Shown one piece after another: positions 28,167 to 38,073 of a DNA stretch of 64,000 nt. This DNA is from Opitutales bacterium (GTDB taxonomy: Bacteria; Verrucomicrobiota; Verrucomicrobiia; Opitutales; PNEW01): contig OY829953.1 of NCBI GenBank assembly GCA_963692525.1, positions 4,420,720-4,484,719 on the forward strand. Reading direction: 5' to 3'. A model generated the notes under the pieces. That model had not been told where the DNA came from. It made no database searches and saw only the letters and a list, made by a program, of their open reading frames with translations. Within the stretch, counting starts at the first letter, position 1. The number at the start of each line of letters is the position of its first letter. The translations under genes were made by a program, and so were the position numbers.

Positions 28167-29231
28167 ATGACGGCTGTAAGGACAGAACCGGTGACGGATT
28201 CCAGTGCGTGGAGGAAAAACGATCTCATAAGAGATAGATCCTGGGAACATACCTTGTCGGACGATCATAGAGCTGATCTCGATAGCGCGCTGCAAAGCGT
28301 AAAAAGACTTGAATTGCAGTTGGCTGAGATCACACCAAATAATTTTCCTCTCCCTTCGCTTGAAAGTACGCTCACAAAGATTCAAGACGAATTGAAAACA
28401 GGACGTGGTTTTGCATTAATGCACGGGTTCCCGGTAAATGATTATAACTTGGAAGATCAGGTAATGCTCTATTGGGGGCTCTGCACTCATCTCGGTATCG
28501 GTGTCACGCAGAACAGCCAGGGAGACCTCGTCCAATACGTCACCGATGGACGCCTGCAGCCACAACAAGGCGCTCGTAGAGTTGGTAGTCCCAGAGCGGC
28601 ATCGCTTCACAACGATTTGACGGATTGTGTTTCTCTGCTCTCTGTCCGTCAGCCCCCCGATAGTCCACTCAGTTACGCTGCCAGTTCTACGACTCTGTAT
28701 AATGAAATACTGCGACAACACCCAGAATACCTGCCTCAATTGTTTAATGGTTTTATATGGGATCGACAGGATGAAGAAGGAGATGGGGAAACACCTACAT
28801 CAAACTATGCCGTCCCGTTGTTTAGCGAGGAGGATGGAATACTATCGTGTCGATACAATCGGGCTTGGATTCGAAAGGGATTCGAACGACGAGGTCTGGA
28901 ATTTACCCCCGAAGAGACTGAAGTCCTGGACTTCATCGATCAATTGACATATGAAAATCGATTTGAATTTGAATTTCCGGCGGGTGATATTCAATTTTGT
29001 AACAACTACTTCGTAATGCATGGTCGGGCCGCCCATGAACCGGTTGAAGACGAATCACTCAAGCGACTATTGCTGCGCATCTGGATGGATATACCGAATG
29101 TTCGCCCTTTCACCGATGAGTCCGTCATCCGTTATGGTGTCGTGCGTCACGGTCAATTAGGGTGGACCGCTGCTGACTTGCTCTCAGGTCGCCATCATCA
29201 TCCCCGTCAGCGACGGAGCGCCGCTGATTGA
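28167..29231 (+). CDS. TauD/TfdA-family Fe(II)/2-oxoglutarate dioxygenase
   Basis: 354 aa with an HND motif (SLHNDLTD) and a distal His (FVMHGRAAH). Confidence 0.7.
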   Translation: MTAVRTEPVTDSSAWRKNDLIRDRSWEHTLSDDHRADLDSALQSVKRLELQLAEITPNNFPLPSLESTLTKIQDELKTGRGFALMHGFPVNDYNLEDQVMLYWGLCTHLGIGVTQNSQGDLVQYVTDGRLQPQQGARRVGSPRAASLHNDLTDCVSLLSVRQPPDSPLSYAASSTTLYNEILRQHPEYLPQLFNGFIWDRQDEEGDGETPTSNYAVPLFSEEDGILSCRYNRAWIRKGFERRGLEFTPEETEVLDFIDQLTYENRFEFEFPAGDIQFCNNYFVMHGRAAHEPVEDESLKRLLLRIWMDIPNVRPFTDESVIRYGVVRHGQLGWTAADLLSGRHHHPRQRRSAAD

Positions 29232-29243
29232 GAATTAAGGGTA

Positions 29244-29267
29244 ACGCGCGAAGGCGTCTTCGCGCGT
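29244..29267 (+). terminator. Perfect 10-bp GC-rich hairpin 13 nt after the stop (no clean T-run)
   Basis: 'acgcgcgaag' - gcgt - 'cttcgcgcgt'. Confidence 0.45.
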
Positions 29268-29465
29268 GTGTTAAGTGTTAGGTGTTATGTTTTAAGTGGA
29301 GAAGGGTACAACCAGGACATCATTTACAGATTTAGTTCAAGACATGGTTTACACTTTGTGAGTAATGCTGAACGGTAATCGGGTTCTCCGTTTTGGAAGA
29401 TGTCGTTCCGCAACTGCGGAACTCGGTACTGGCCTTCTGGCCCACCGGTTTTCTGGTTGTCAGGA
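29267..29465. repeat. Composite of repeat modules
   Basis: 'gtgttaagtgttaggtgttatgttttaagtg' (29267-29298; rc copy at 40331-40368). Hairpin module at 29393-29432. 'ggccttctggcccaccggttttctgg' words follow. Confidence 0.65.
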
Positions 29466-29555
29466 TTTTCATATTGCTTTTGAGAGTAATATATCATATA
29501 ATCTTTGCGACGTAGTTAAAAACCCCACTATCCCCTAATTAAAATCAGTTACGTT

Positions 29556-30008
29556 TTGAGAAGTAAAATAAGTTTTACTTTAGTTGAAATCATGATCGCT
29601 ATTACCGTGATCGGATTATTGATGAGCGCGGCGATACCGGCGTTCTTTAAGATAATCGATTCGACGAAAGTAAATCGCTTTTTAAATGACATTAAAGTGG
29701 TTAGTAATGCATTTGAATTTTACAGCTTTGATAAAGGAGTCTATCCGCCTGATGCCGTTGTATCCGTGGTGCCGGATGGTATGGCTTATTACTTAAAAGA
29801 TTTTCCATGGACCGAATCGACCACCATTGGAGGTATGTGGGACTGGGATAACTTTAATGGTATAAGCGGCGGTATTACGGTAAATGGCTACTCTATATCA
29901 GCTGCTCAACTTTTGTCCATAGACATGAAGATTGATGATGGAGATCTCAGCAGCGGTATATTTATCGGCCAATTGGGATTAGGTAAATGTATTTATCTTT
30001 TGAATTAA
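29556..30008 (+). CDS. Prepilin-type N-terminal cleavage/methylation domain protein (pseudopilin-like)
   Basis: TTG start. N-terminus is ..KISFTLVEIMIAITVIGLL.. The gene is isolated, with no secretion or pilus genes nearby. Confidence 0.65.
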   Translation: MRSKISFTLVEIMIAITVIGLLMSAAIPAFFKIIDSTKVNRFLNDIKVVSNAFEFYSFDKGVYPPDAVVSVVPDGMAYYLKDFPWTESTTIGGMWDWDNFNGISGGITVNGYSISAAQLLSIDMKIDDGDLSSGIFIGQLGLGKCIYLLN

Positions 30009-30193
30009 ACGCGTGCAGTCATTGACTGTGACAGTTGGACTATGGACGACAGGTGCTCGATCGAATGAGACTGATTCCTGGGATTACAAATTACGAAAAT
30101 CGCCAGGGAATATTTCATTCTGAATCATTTAACTTTTTGATCTTCTAACATTATCCCATCGACAATCGGCATTCGAAAATCGACAATCGATGG

Positions 30194-31672
30194 ATGCGAA
30201 TAGCCGTTGGCTGTATTGGACATGAAACCAATACCTTTTCCCTAGTCCCGACGACGATTGATAGTTTCAAGAAAAGGGAGTATTTTGTTGGCGAGGAAAT
30301 GTTCCCGGTCTTTAGAAATACGAACACGATCATGGGCGGGTACATGGACGCCGCTGAGGAACGAGATATGGAGCTTGTTCCCCTCCTCTGGACTTTTGCT
30401 ATTCCCTCCGGAATTGTGGAGCAGTCTGCCTACGACACTCTCAAATCTGAATTCATGGAAATACTGCACAATGCAGGAAATCTTGACGGCGTTCTTCTTG
30501 ATTTGCACGGGGCGATGGCGGTGGAAGAGATCGAAGACGGTGAGGCAGACTTAATTGCCGCTGTTCGCGAATATGTTGGCACGCTGCCCATTGTCACAAC
30601 GCTTGATCTTCATGCAAATATAGGGCCTCAAATGGTCAAATTTTCCGATGTCATTATCGGGTACGATACTTATCCGCATATCGATATGTATGATCGCGGG
30701 TACGAGGCCGGACAATTGCTGCATAAAGTCATCGAAGGTAAAGTTGTGCCGACAATGGCTTACCGACAGCTCCCATTGCTGACCTCACCACCCGGTCAGT
30801 GCACGATGAAACAGCCGATGATTAACGTTATGGAAAAACTTCACGCTCTCGAAGAGGGGCCCGGAGTGGAGACCGCGACACTGTCAATGGGATTTCCCTT
30901 TGCCGACATTTCTATCGCCGGCGTAACGGTGCTGGTGACGACGAACAATGATCAAGCGCTTGCCGATAGATTGGCCGATGAATTTTCAGCTTACGTGTGG
31001 GATACTCGAGAAGTTTTCCAGGTCAACCTTGTATCGATCGATGAGGCAATCGCACACGCCAATAAATCTGATGGAAAACCGATAGTGCTCGCTGAAGGTT
31101 CGGACAACCCCGGTGGTGGAGCGCCCTGTGATGGCACCCATATTCTCCGCGCATTTATTGAAGCAGAAGTGCAGGACGCGGTTTTTGCGATCATTGCTGA
31201 TCCTGAATCCGTTAATCTCGCGATTGAAGCGGGTGTCGGTAACACGGTTTCACTCCAAGTTGGGGGCAAGACAGACCCCAGGCATGGAGAACCAGTCGCG
31301 CTCGATGGCTATGTGAAATTAATTTCTGATGGAAGTTTTGTCCACAAAGGGCCGATGAGCCGGGGGATAAAATCGGGAATGGGAAAGACCGCGGTAATCG
31401 TAACCGGTGGCATCGAAATCATCCTGACCGAAAACCGAACGCAACCCTATGATGCCGAAGTCCTTCGATGCGTCGGTATTGAACCCACCGACCGAAAAAT
31501 AATCGTGCTTAAATCCGCGGTCCACTTTCGAGCGGATTACACGCCGATCGCACATAAAATTCTGGATGTCGATACCCCCGGTGTGCATAGTCCAAATCTG
31601 TTAAGCTATGAATATAGAAATGTTCGGCGCCCAATTTATCCGCTCGATGAGGATGCAGAATTTAAGAGATGA
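30194..31672 (+). CDS. M81 family metallopeptidase (MlrC-like)
   Basis: MRIAVGCIGHETNTF N-terminus, and the 492-aa length is typical. Confidence 0.8.
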   Translation: MRIAVGCIGHETNTFSLVPTTIDSFKKREYFVGEEMFPVFRNTNTIMGGYMDAAEERDMELVPLLWTFAIPSGIVEQSAYDTLKSEFMEILHNAGNLDGVLLDLHGAMAVEEIEDGEADLIAAVREYVGTLPIVTTLDLHANIGPQMVKFSDVIIGYDTYPHIDMYDRGYEAGQLLHKVIEGKVVPTMAYRQLPLLTSPPGQCTMKQPMINVMEKLHALEEGPGVETATLSMGFPFADISIAGVTVLVTTNNDQALADRLADEFSAYVWDTREVFQVNLVSIDEAIAHANKSDGKPIVLAEGSDNPGGGAPCDGTHILRAFIEAEVQDAVFAIIADPESVNLAIEAGVGNTVSLQVGGKTDPRHGEPVALDGYVKLISDGSFVHKGPMSRGIKSGMGKTAVIVTGGIEIILTENRTQPYDAEVLRCVGIEPTDRKIIVLKSAVHFRADYTPIAHKILDVDTPGVHSPNLLSYEYRNVRRPIYPLDEDAEFKR

Positions 31673-31713
31673 TAATCCGAGAAGATTTAGACTTCGACGC
31701 TAAGCGTTCCAGT

Positions 31714-32601
31714 TCAGCACCCGCTTATAAAAAAATCAGAAACGGACCAGACATTCTGTTGATAGCTGGCTCCGCCTACAATCGTAGCGAAGGCACCGCC
31801 GGCGACACAATCAGGAGAGGAACTAAAAAAACCGGAGATATCAACCGTATCCATTAATTTTCCATCCAGAAGCCAGGATAAAGAATTACCGTCATCAGTA
31901 AGCAGCAAGCCATAACAATGGCCCCAACCCGTGTTATCACCGAGCGGATCGTGCTTGACCGCTAGTGAAATGGAATTACCCGGAATCGTTATAACTGGGC
32001 AATCGACACTATGAGTGCTAGGCCATTTTTCTTTGTCCCCATTCTTTCCCCAAACACGTATCTTTTCCTTGTCACCAGAGAGCAGGTTACGATTGAGACA
32101 ATACGAGAGCCCAAACTTTGAATACCAGTCGAAATGAATCTGAACTACCCGATTGATATACGTTTCCGCGGGGATGGACTTAACTACTGGTCCAGTCCCG
32201 ACAAGCCCCCGAAAAGTACCAATCGCGAGGCTAAAGCCCATCAGGTAATTTCCACTATAGGGATCCTCGTGATCGGAACTTGCTCCGTCGGCCGTCATAT
32301 ATTGATTGAGGAAGGGTCCTTTATGCCTGTAGTCGACCAGAGTAAGTTCAAGAAGGTTGGTTCCAGCTAAATGGGGAGTGAACTGACGGTTTCTGGTGGC
32401 AAAACCGCAGTAGGCCATAATACCGGGCCCTGCGGGTGATGAGGTGCTCGCTTCCATGTGCGCTGATCCGTTGTCGGCAGTCACTTTGCCACCCGGCCAT
32501 CCAGCGACATCCGTAGTCCAAATGTCCGGGTCGAAACCTTGATTAAAATTATCAGAGAAGAGGACGTTTAAATCAGATCTTGTCATACGTAATTCAGTCA
32601 T
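31714..32601 (-). CDS. Hypothetical protein, possibly a concanavalin-A-like lectin/glucanase fold
   Basis: Clean 295-aa ORF. The FSDNFNQGFDPDIWT start resembles LamG/glucanase-fold proteins. No stronger evidence. Confidence 0.4.
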   Translation of the reverse strand: MTELRMTRSDLNVLFSDNFNQGFDPDIWTTDVAGWPGGKVTADNGSAHMEASTSSPAGPGIMAYCGFATRNRQFTPHLAGTNLLELTLVDYRHKGPFLNQYMTADGASSDHEDPYSGNYLMGFSLAIGTFRGLVGTGPVVKSIPAETYINRVVQIHFDWYSKFGLSYCLNRNLLSGDKEKIRVWGKNGDKEKWPSTHSVDCPVITIPGNSISLAVKHDPLGDNTGWGHCYGLLLTDDGNSLSWLLDGKLMDTVDISGFFSSSPDCVAGGAFATIVGGASYQQNVWSVSDFFISGC

Positions 32602-32629
32602 CTCTACTTAAAATTATTGTTTATATGCG

Positions 32630-33496
32630 ATGGCTTACAAATTAAATCCAGAAAAAATGTACATGATGCCGACGCACTTTGGCCCGGGATTGGGCCCGAG
32701 GCAGGGGCCGGACGGAAGAAAATTCGACTGTAAAGACTCACCCAAGGTGACGTCGCGGTCTGTCAATTTCTTAACCAATCGCGAACAGCTTGATGCTCTG
32801 ATACCCGATGGCATGGGCCTGGATCTAGGTGAAGAACCTATTGTTACCGTTTATGCCACCTACATGACAGAGATCGAATGGTTGGCCGGTCGTGGATACA
32901 ATGTCCTTGGTGTAAGTTTTCCCGTTATTTTTAATGGAAAGCAGGACCGCGCTGTCGGCAGCTTCCTTACCGTGCTCTGGGAAAATTTAACCGATCCGAT
33001 ACTGACCGGGCGCGAGCAATTGGGTTTCTCTAAAATCTATTGCGAACTACCAGAGCCGACGGTGCTGGATGGAGAAACACATTGTATTGCCAGTTGGCTT
33101 GGCTTCAAGTTTATGGATATGCATCTTCATAACATGAAACCCGTGGAAATGAATAACCCCTCTGATCCTTCAGCCGAACAAAACGCTGATAATCAGGACA
33201 GTGATGTTTTGACGGGAATCCTGCACTATAAGTATATGCCTCGAACGGGTGAGTGGGGAGTTGCCGATGCCAATTACATTGTTATGACACCAGAAGCTAC
33301 ACCTAATTCCAAAGTGCAAGAATCATGGGAAGGAGAAGGAACCGTGCAGTTTCATAAAGCTCGCTGGGAAGACCTCCCAACGCAGTACTCAATCGTCAAC
33401 GCCTTTCATGAACTAGAAATTAAGGAATACCGCGGCGCTACTATTACGAAGAGTGTTGGAGGCAAAGACCTCAGCGATCAACGCATCCTCCGGTAG
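32630..33496 (+). CDS. Acetoacetate decarboxylase (ADC) family protein
   Basis: 288 aa with blocks YMMPTHFGP and LTDPILTGREQLGFSKIY, which are typical of the ADC-like family. Confidence 0.6.
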   Translation: MAYKLNPEKMYMMPTHFGPGLGPRQGPDGRKFDCKDSPKVTSRSVNFLTNREQLDALIPDGMGLDLGEEPIVTVYATYMTEIEWLAGRGYNVLGVSFPVIFNGKQDRAVGSFLTVLWENLTDPILTGREQLGFSKIYCELPEPTVLDGETHCIASWLGFKFMDMHLHNMKPVEMNNPSDPSAEQNADNQDSDVLTGILHYKYMPRTGEWGVADANYIVMTPEATPNSKVQESWEGEGTVQFHKARWEDLPTQYSIVNAFHELEIKEYRGATITKSVGGKDLSDQRILR

Positions 33497-33757
33497 GCCG
33501 GAGGACCGGAAGGCCAATACCGAGCTCCGCAATCGCGGAACGACATCTTCCAAGCCGGAGAGCCAGTTTTTATTAAATAAGGTGGAACGCGCTGCCTGAC
33601 CGACATAGCCTTGGCGACGGCTGATCCCTAGCCCGTTTAATTAATGCGATACTCTCAAACGCGGTAGGGACACCGCGTTCCACCATTGCAAAGATAATCT
33701 GAAAGTATTAATTTCCGTTACGTAAAATCCGAAATCCGCATTCCGAAATCCGAAATT
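33496..33757. repeat. Composite: word array, hairpin module, interrupted terminator stem and 'aatccgaaatccg' words
   Basis: Hairpin module at 33514-33556. The 11-bp stem 'ggtggaacgcg' (33581-33591) / 'cgcgttccacc' (33674-33684) encloses an 82-nt insert. Word array at 33726-33757. Confidence 0.7.
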
Positions 33758-33760
33758 GGC

Positions 33761-35974
33761 TCACTCAATAGTGATCTCCTCGGTAACAACCTCGATCGGA
33801 TCGCCATCTTCATTGGCGAAGGTGGCGTCGATGCTCAGTGTCGGCTGGGGAGTGTTGTCTGATTTGAAGTTGTTCTGGGTGATCAGGGTCTCAAATCCTT
33901 TCGTCGTCGATCCGCTCTCCGCAACAACAACCGCGGCGCCATTTGTCTGCAGGAGGTCACCACCGGTGATTCTCAACCCGGGATTGCCGGCTGCTACGGT
34001 GAAGGAGCCTTCACCGAAGAGAATGTGAGGTACTGCATCGCCATCAGCATCGATATCACCGATGGTTAAGCGCACCGCGATCGGCACGCCGCGCGCATCA
34101 ACACCGACCTTGCCCGTGCTTCCACTAAACGTGGTGTTCGATAACTGTACCCCTCCCAGTCCCGTGGAGTTGACTACTTCCACGAGGGCCACATCGGCCT
34201 GGGCGTCATAGACCTGTCCTTCGGGGAACAGCGCCTGGTTAAAGGCGTTGATCGTGCCTACGGTGAAGATGCTGAAGAAGGTATTGGCATCCGCGCCGTC
34301 GATGACCACGCTCGGTTTGCCCGTCACATACTCTACGGTCTGGTTGTAGCGTGGGGGGATAGATGGGGGCAGGAAGGTAGCCGGGTCGAGGGTTACGGTA
34401 AAGTTCCCATTACCTGAAAATTCTACCTGCACAATATCCTCGGTTTCATCCATAAAGGAGACGCGTGTAATCTGTCCCGGTTTGGCCTGGAGTTGGACAG
34501 ACTCTCCGGTGAGTAAAATCTGGTCGAAGACATTACCGTTGGCATGCTGAATATTCTCACCGGCGATATCGCCCGAGCCGTCGAGAACGAGGGGAATAGC
34601 CGGGGCCGCTACCGTGACGACCGCGGTTTCGCTGTCCGCTGTCCCGCCGGCGTTAGTTATCTGCACCCAGAAGCTTGTGCTCGCGGTGAGAGCGCCCGTA
34701 TCCAGGGTGCCAGCGGTCGCACTGGCGACGGGACTGGCGGTATCGCCACTGTTGCCGGTATACCACTGGTAAGTAAGATCATCACCGCTGGCGGCCACTG
34801 ACAAGCTCGCCGAAGCGCCAGACTGCACTTCCTGGCTTGCCGGTTGCGTGGTGATAGTGGGTGCATCAGCGGGCGGGGGCCCCTCACCGCCACTGCCGGG
34901 CGCGCCGATCGGGGTAAACCCAAAAGTGTCTATGACTGTCCGGCTTCTCGCTACATTTAAATTGGGATTGTCTTTAACAATCAGTCTGCTGATACCGCCC
35001 GGAGCTCCCAATTCAACTGCATTGATCGTTAAAAAAGGGGGTTTGAATTCAAAGCGTAGAGCACCAGAAGCCAAAAAATCCGTAAAAGTAGCAATCAGGT
35101 TATCATCAGTATCATAGACTTCAATCGAGCCATCGGATTCTGAAGAGCTTGATAATAAAAGTGCGCCTGCATAAGTATCTATTTCATAAGCCGGGGTTTC
35201 AAAGACAACTTCGAATGAGTCGCCATTAACTTGAATCCCAAAGGACAGTTCTCCCGAATGAGTGGGGTTTTCTGATGCTCCGGACATAATTATACCGCCT
35301 TCAAAAGAAGCAGTATAGGGTGATGTCCCAATAACAATGGGTTCGAACTGTCCAAGACCTACACTGAATTCATCAAAATAAGTATAAACCGTGTTATTGG
35401 ACGGTCTGGACGTAAGCGTGAAGCCCAGATCGTCGATGGATAATTTACCTGTAACATTTTTAATTTTTAATTCTCTGATGCCATCGATAAAGTCAAAGTC
35501 GTCGTTATCGATAAAAATACCACTGTCTGCAATACCACTCTGTAAGGGGGGATTTGCACCGGGGCTGATATTATTGGGCAAACCATTGACTACGCCATTG
35601 TCGGCGAGAATGATTCCTATAGTTCCATCAGCTAGAATGTAGTTTCCTCGGTACTCGATTTTGCCTGCTCCCGTATTCTCAGCCGCATAGAATTGGATTT
35701 CATCAAGTCCTCTTTCCGATACAATTACCCCCTCCTGACCAGGCCCGAGAGTTATCGCCTTTGTTCCGGAGTGTAAGAGCGCCGGATCTTCCAGCGTTTC
35801 CACGGTGAATCCGACTAACTTGACCCTGTTGGGTTCCTCCCCAATGAAAAATTGTCCTTCACCGCTGATGTCCTCGAAATCGGTGAACACCTCGAGATCT
35901 TGCGGAAGAGCTGAGAGTAACACCGGAAACAGCAAGTAAATTAAAGATAGTGATACTAGATTTTTTGTGCGCAT
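33761..35974 (-). CDS. Secreted Ig-like surface protein, paralog C (intact)
   Basis: 737 aa with a signal-like N-terminus and an Ig-like block. The C-terminal ~385 aa are about 93% identical to paralog B. Confidence 0.8.
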   Translation of the reverse strand: MRTKNLVSLSLIYLLFPVLLSALPQDLEVFTDFEDISGEGQFFIGEEPNRVKLVGFTVETLEDPALLHSGTKAITLGPGQEGVIVSERGLDEIQFYAAENTGAGKIEYRGNYILADGTIGIILADNGVVNGLPNNISPGANPPLQSGIADSGIFIDNDDFDFIDGIRELKIKNVTGKLSIDDLGFTLTSRPSNNTVYTYFDEFSVGLGQFEPIVIGTSPYTASFEGGIIMSGASENPTHSGELSFGIQVNGDSFEVVFETPAYEIDTYAGALLLSSSSESDGSIEVYDTDDNLIATFTDFLASGALRFEFKPPFLTINAVELGAPGGISRLIVKDNPNLNVARSRTVIDTFGFTPIGAPGSGGEGPPPADAPTITTQPASQEVQSGASASLSVAASGDDLTYQWYTGNSGDTASPVASATAGTLDTGALTASTSFWVQITNAGGTADSETAVVTVAAPAIPLVLDGSGDIAGENIQHANGNVFDQILLTGESVQLQAKPGQITRVSFMDETEDIVQVEFSGNGNFTVTLDPATFLPPSIPPRYNQTVEYVTGKPSVVIDGADANTFFSIFTVGTINAFNQALFPEGQVYDAQADVALVEVVNSTGLGGVQLSNTTFSGSTGKVGVDARGVPIAVRLTIGDIDADGDAVPHILFGEGSFTVAAGNPGLRITGGDLLQTNGAAVVVAESGSTTKGFETLITQNNFKSDNTPQPTLSIDATFANEDGDPIEVVTEEITIE

Positions 35975-36099
35975 ATTTCCCCCATAATTCTGTGATGTGA
36001 CTTAAGTAGTTCTCGACGAGATAACTTTTATTTAATTGTCAAATGAACATATTTCAAGCGTTTAAGTATAATTGAATTAAATCCAAACGTGTTACTCTT

Positions 36100-36270
36100 A
36101 AGACCAGCGTTCCGGTTCCGAGTTCCACAATCGCGGAATGACGTCTTCCAAATCGAAAAACTGAATTGATAGAGGATGCAAATTTCACTTCGAAACCCGT
36201 TAGGCACAATCTGCAATCCAATATCCGCAATCAGCAATTGTCTGGCTTTTTGACTTTTTGACCTTTTGAC
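36100..36270. repeat. Composite of repeat modules
   Basis: Hairpin module at 36112-36154. 'caatctgcaatccaatatccgcaatcagcaattg' at 36207-36240. 'ggctttttgactttttgaccttttgac' at 36244-36270. Confidence 0.7.
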
Positions 36271-36286
36271 TCTATCCAATCGGATA

Positions 36287-37075
36287 ATGAATTTAGACTT
36301 AAAAGGAAAACGGGCGATAGTAACGGGTGGAAATCGTGGAATCGGACGGTGTTGTGCGCTGGCGCTTGCTCGCGAAGGGGCCCGTATATGCATCACCGCG
36401 CGTGACGAGCAACGTCTGAATAATACCCTCGAAAAGATTAAAGAAGCCGGTGGAGACGGGTATGCGGTTACCGCCGACCTGACCGAACTGGAAAACTGTA
36501 AGAAAGTTGTCGATGAAACGGTGGGGGCGTTCGGCGGCGTTGACATCCTCGTCAATTGTGCCGGTGCCGCGAAGGGTGGTGATATCTTGGATCTCCCCAC
36601 TGAATTGATCGATGACGCGCTGGGTTTAAAGAGTTACAGCTACCTGCGCATGTCACAATTGGTTTTTCCTCATATGAAGAAAAACAATTGGGGTCGTATC
36701 ATTAATATCGCCGGTGGAGCGGGAACGAGTCCCACCCAAAAAAACATTCCTGTTAGTCTCGCCAATATCAGTATCCTGAATATGACACGCGCTCTCTCGG
36801 ATGCGACTTCCAAATATGGTATTCTCGTAAATGCGATCTGTCCGGGAATTACCAATACTCAACGGGCGCGCAATATACACCAGGCGAGAGCGGATAAAGA
36901 AGGTCGAGACGTTGAGGAGATTCTCCGGGAACTCGGAGCTGACCTTCCCGCCGGACGCATGGCTGAGCCGGAGGAAATTGCCAGCGTCGTAACCTTCCTG
37001 GCCTCTGAACCGTGTTCTTATATGTTCGGCAGTTCTCTTTACATGGATGGCGGAGAAAGACGGGGCACGCCATAA
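36287..37075 (+). CDS. SDR-family protein lacking the canonical catalytic Ser/Tyr/Lys
   Basis: MNLDLKGKRAIVTGGNRGIGR N-terminus. The expected YxxxK region reads VSLANISILNMT. I chose ATG 36287, because the TTG 36266 extension is translated repeat. Confidence 0.8.
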   Translation: MNLDLKGKRAIVTGGNRGIGRCCALALAREGARICITARDEQRLNNTLEKIKEAGGDGYAVTADLTELENCKKVVDETVGAFGGVDILVNCAGAAKGGDILDLPTELIDDALGLKSYSYLRMSQLVFPHMKKNNWGRIINIAGGAGTSPTQKNIPVSLANISILNMTRALSDATSKYGILVNAICPGITNTQRARNIHQARADKEGRDVEEILRELGADLPAGRMAEPEEIASVVTFLASEPCSYMFGSSLYMDGGERRGTP

Positions 37076-37131
37076 ATGCATATTCATATTTATCGATACA
37101 AATCCCTACCTGAATTAAAGGAATCCCCCTT

Positions 37132-38022
37132 ATGAAAGTTGGTTTCATAGGTCTGGGAAATATGGGTAATGCGATGGCACACAATGTCCTAAAGGCAGGG
37201 CATAAATTAACCATCTACGACATCGATCGCGTCAAGGGTCGGAACCTCGAAAAAGTCGGTGCCAACTGGGCGATAAGTCCGCGGGACGTAGCGACATACT
37301 CCGAAGTGGTGCTGTCATCGTTGCCTGGACCTAAAGAAGTCGAAACCGTGGTCCTTGGTGAAACGGGTGTTTTTGCAGGGTTGGCTAAAGGTGCGGCTTA
37401 CATCGACACCACTACAAATTCGCCTGTCGTCATGCGAAATCTCGCTGAGATCGGATTGTCGAGCGGATTTCATGTGCTCGATGCCCCGATCAGCGGCGGC
37501 ATATTCGGTGCCAGGGACGCAACGCTTTCCATTTTTGTGGGAGGCACAAAGGGGACCTTCGACCGCTATCAAGCTCTGTTGCAAATCATCGGTAAAAATG
37601 TCTTTTATATGGGTCCAGCTGGAAGTGGCAATGTAACCAAGCTGGTTAATAATCTGATGCTGTTCATTAATTTAATCGGTGCGTGCGAGGGTATGTCGAT
37701 TGGGGCAAAAGCCGGCATCAATCTTCAGGCTCTGCTAAGTGTAATTACACGGAGTATGGGTCAGAGTGTGATGATGGAACGATGCATGACCTTGCTGCTA
37801 AAAAATGAAAGGATGTACTCTGCCACGGATCTGGCCGTCAAGGACATGCATCTTGGTGTTGAACTGGGGCGGGAACTGGGTGTGCCGTTAGAACTCAGTC
37901 CGTTAGTTGAAGAAGTCATTACCCGTTTTAGCGATAACGGGCATGGCCAGGCAGATATTAACGAGATAATTCGCGATTACCTGCAACGCTCAGGTGTGGA
38001 CACAGGATCAAAAAAGGGTTAG
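37132..38022 (+). CDS. NAD(P)-dependent 3-hydroxyisobutyrate dehydrogenase-like oxidoreductase
   Basis: KVGFIGLGNMGNAMAHNV N-terminal Rossmann motif; 296 aa. Confidence 0.85.
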   Translation: MKVGFIGLGNMGNAMAHNVLKAGHKLTIYDIDRVKGRNLEKVGANWAISPRDVATYSEVVLSSLPGPKEVETVVLGETGVFAGLAKGAAYIDTTTNSPVVMRNLAEIGLSSGFHVLDAPISGGIFGARDATLSIFVGGTKGTFDRYQALLQIIGKNVFYMGPAGSGNVTKLVNNLMLFINLIGACEGMSIGAKAGINLQALLSVITRSMGQSVMMERCMTLLLKNERMYSATDLAVKDMHLGVELGRELGVPLELSPLVEEVITRFSDNGHGQADINEIIRDYLQRSGVDTGSKKG

Positions 38023-38073
38023 CAACTGCTAAAGCGACAAGGATACAAATAACACAAGAGGAGGAACAAGACA

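Noticed and set aside
27854-28228. ORFs that are simply translations of repeat modules: 27854..28228, 17229..17462, 17320..17631, 11371..11589, 50289..50570, 60182..60445, 60248..60769, 52579..52872.
   Set aside because: Their sequences are made of the recurrent words and hairpin modules (for example WKMSFRDGGTRN, SLAMTKR) and change frame between copies. There is no coding periodicity or conservation at the protein level.
36028-36600. A 190-aa minus-strand ORF spanning the 36.1-kb repeat region and the 5' end of the SDR gene.
   Set aside because: Half of it is translated repeat modules (..SFRDCGTRNRNAG..) and the other half is antisense to a well-supported SDR.
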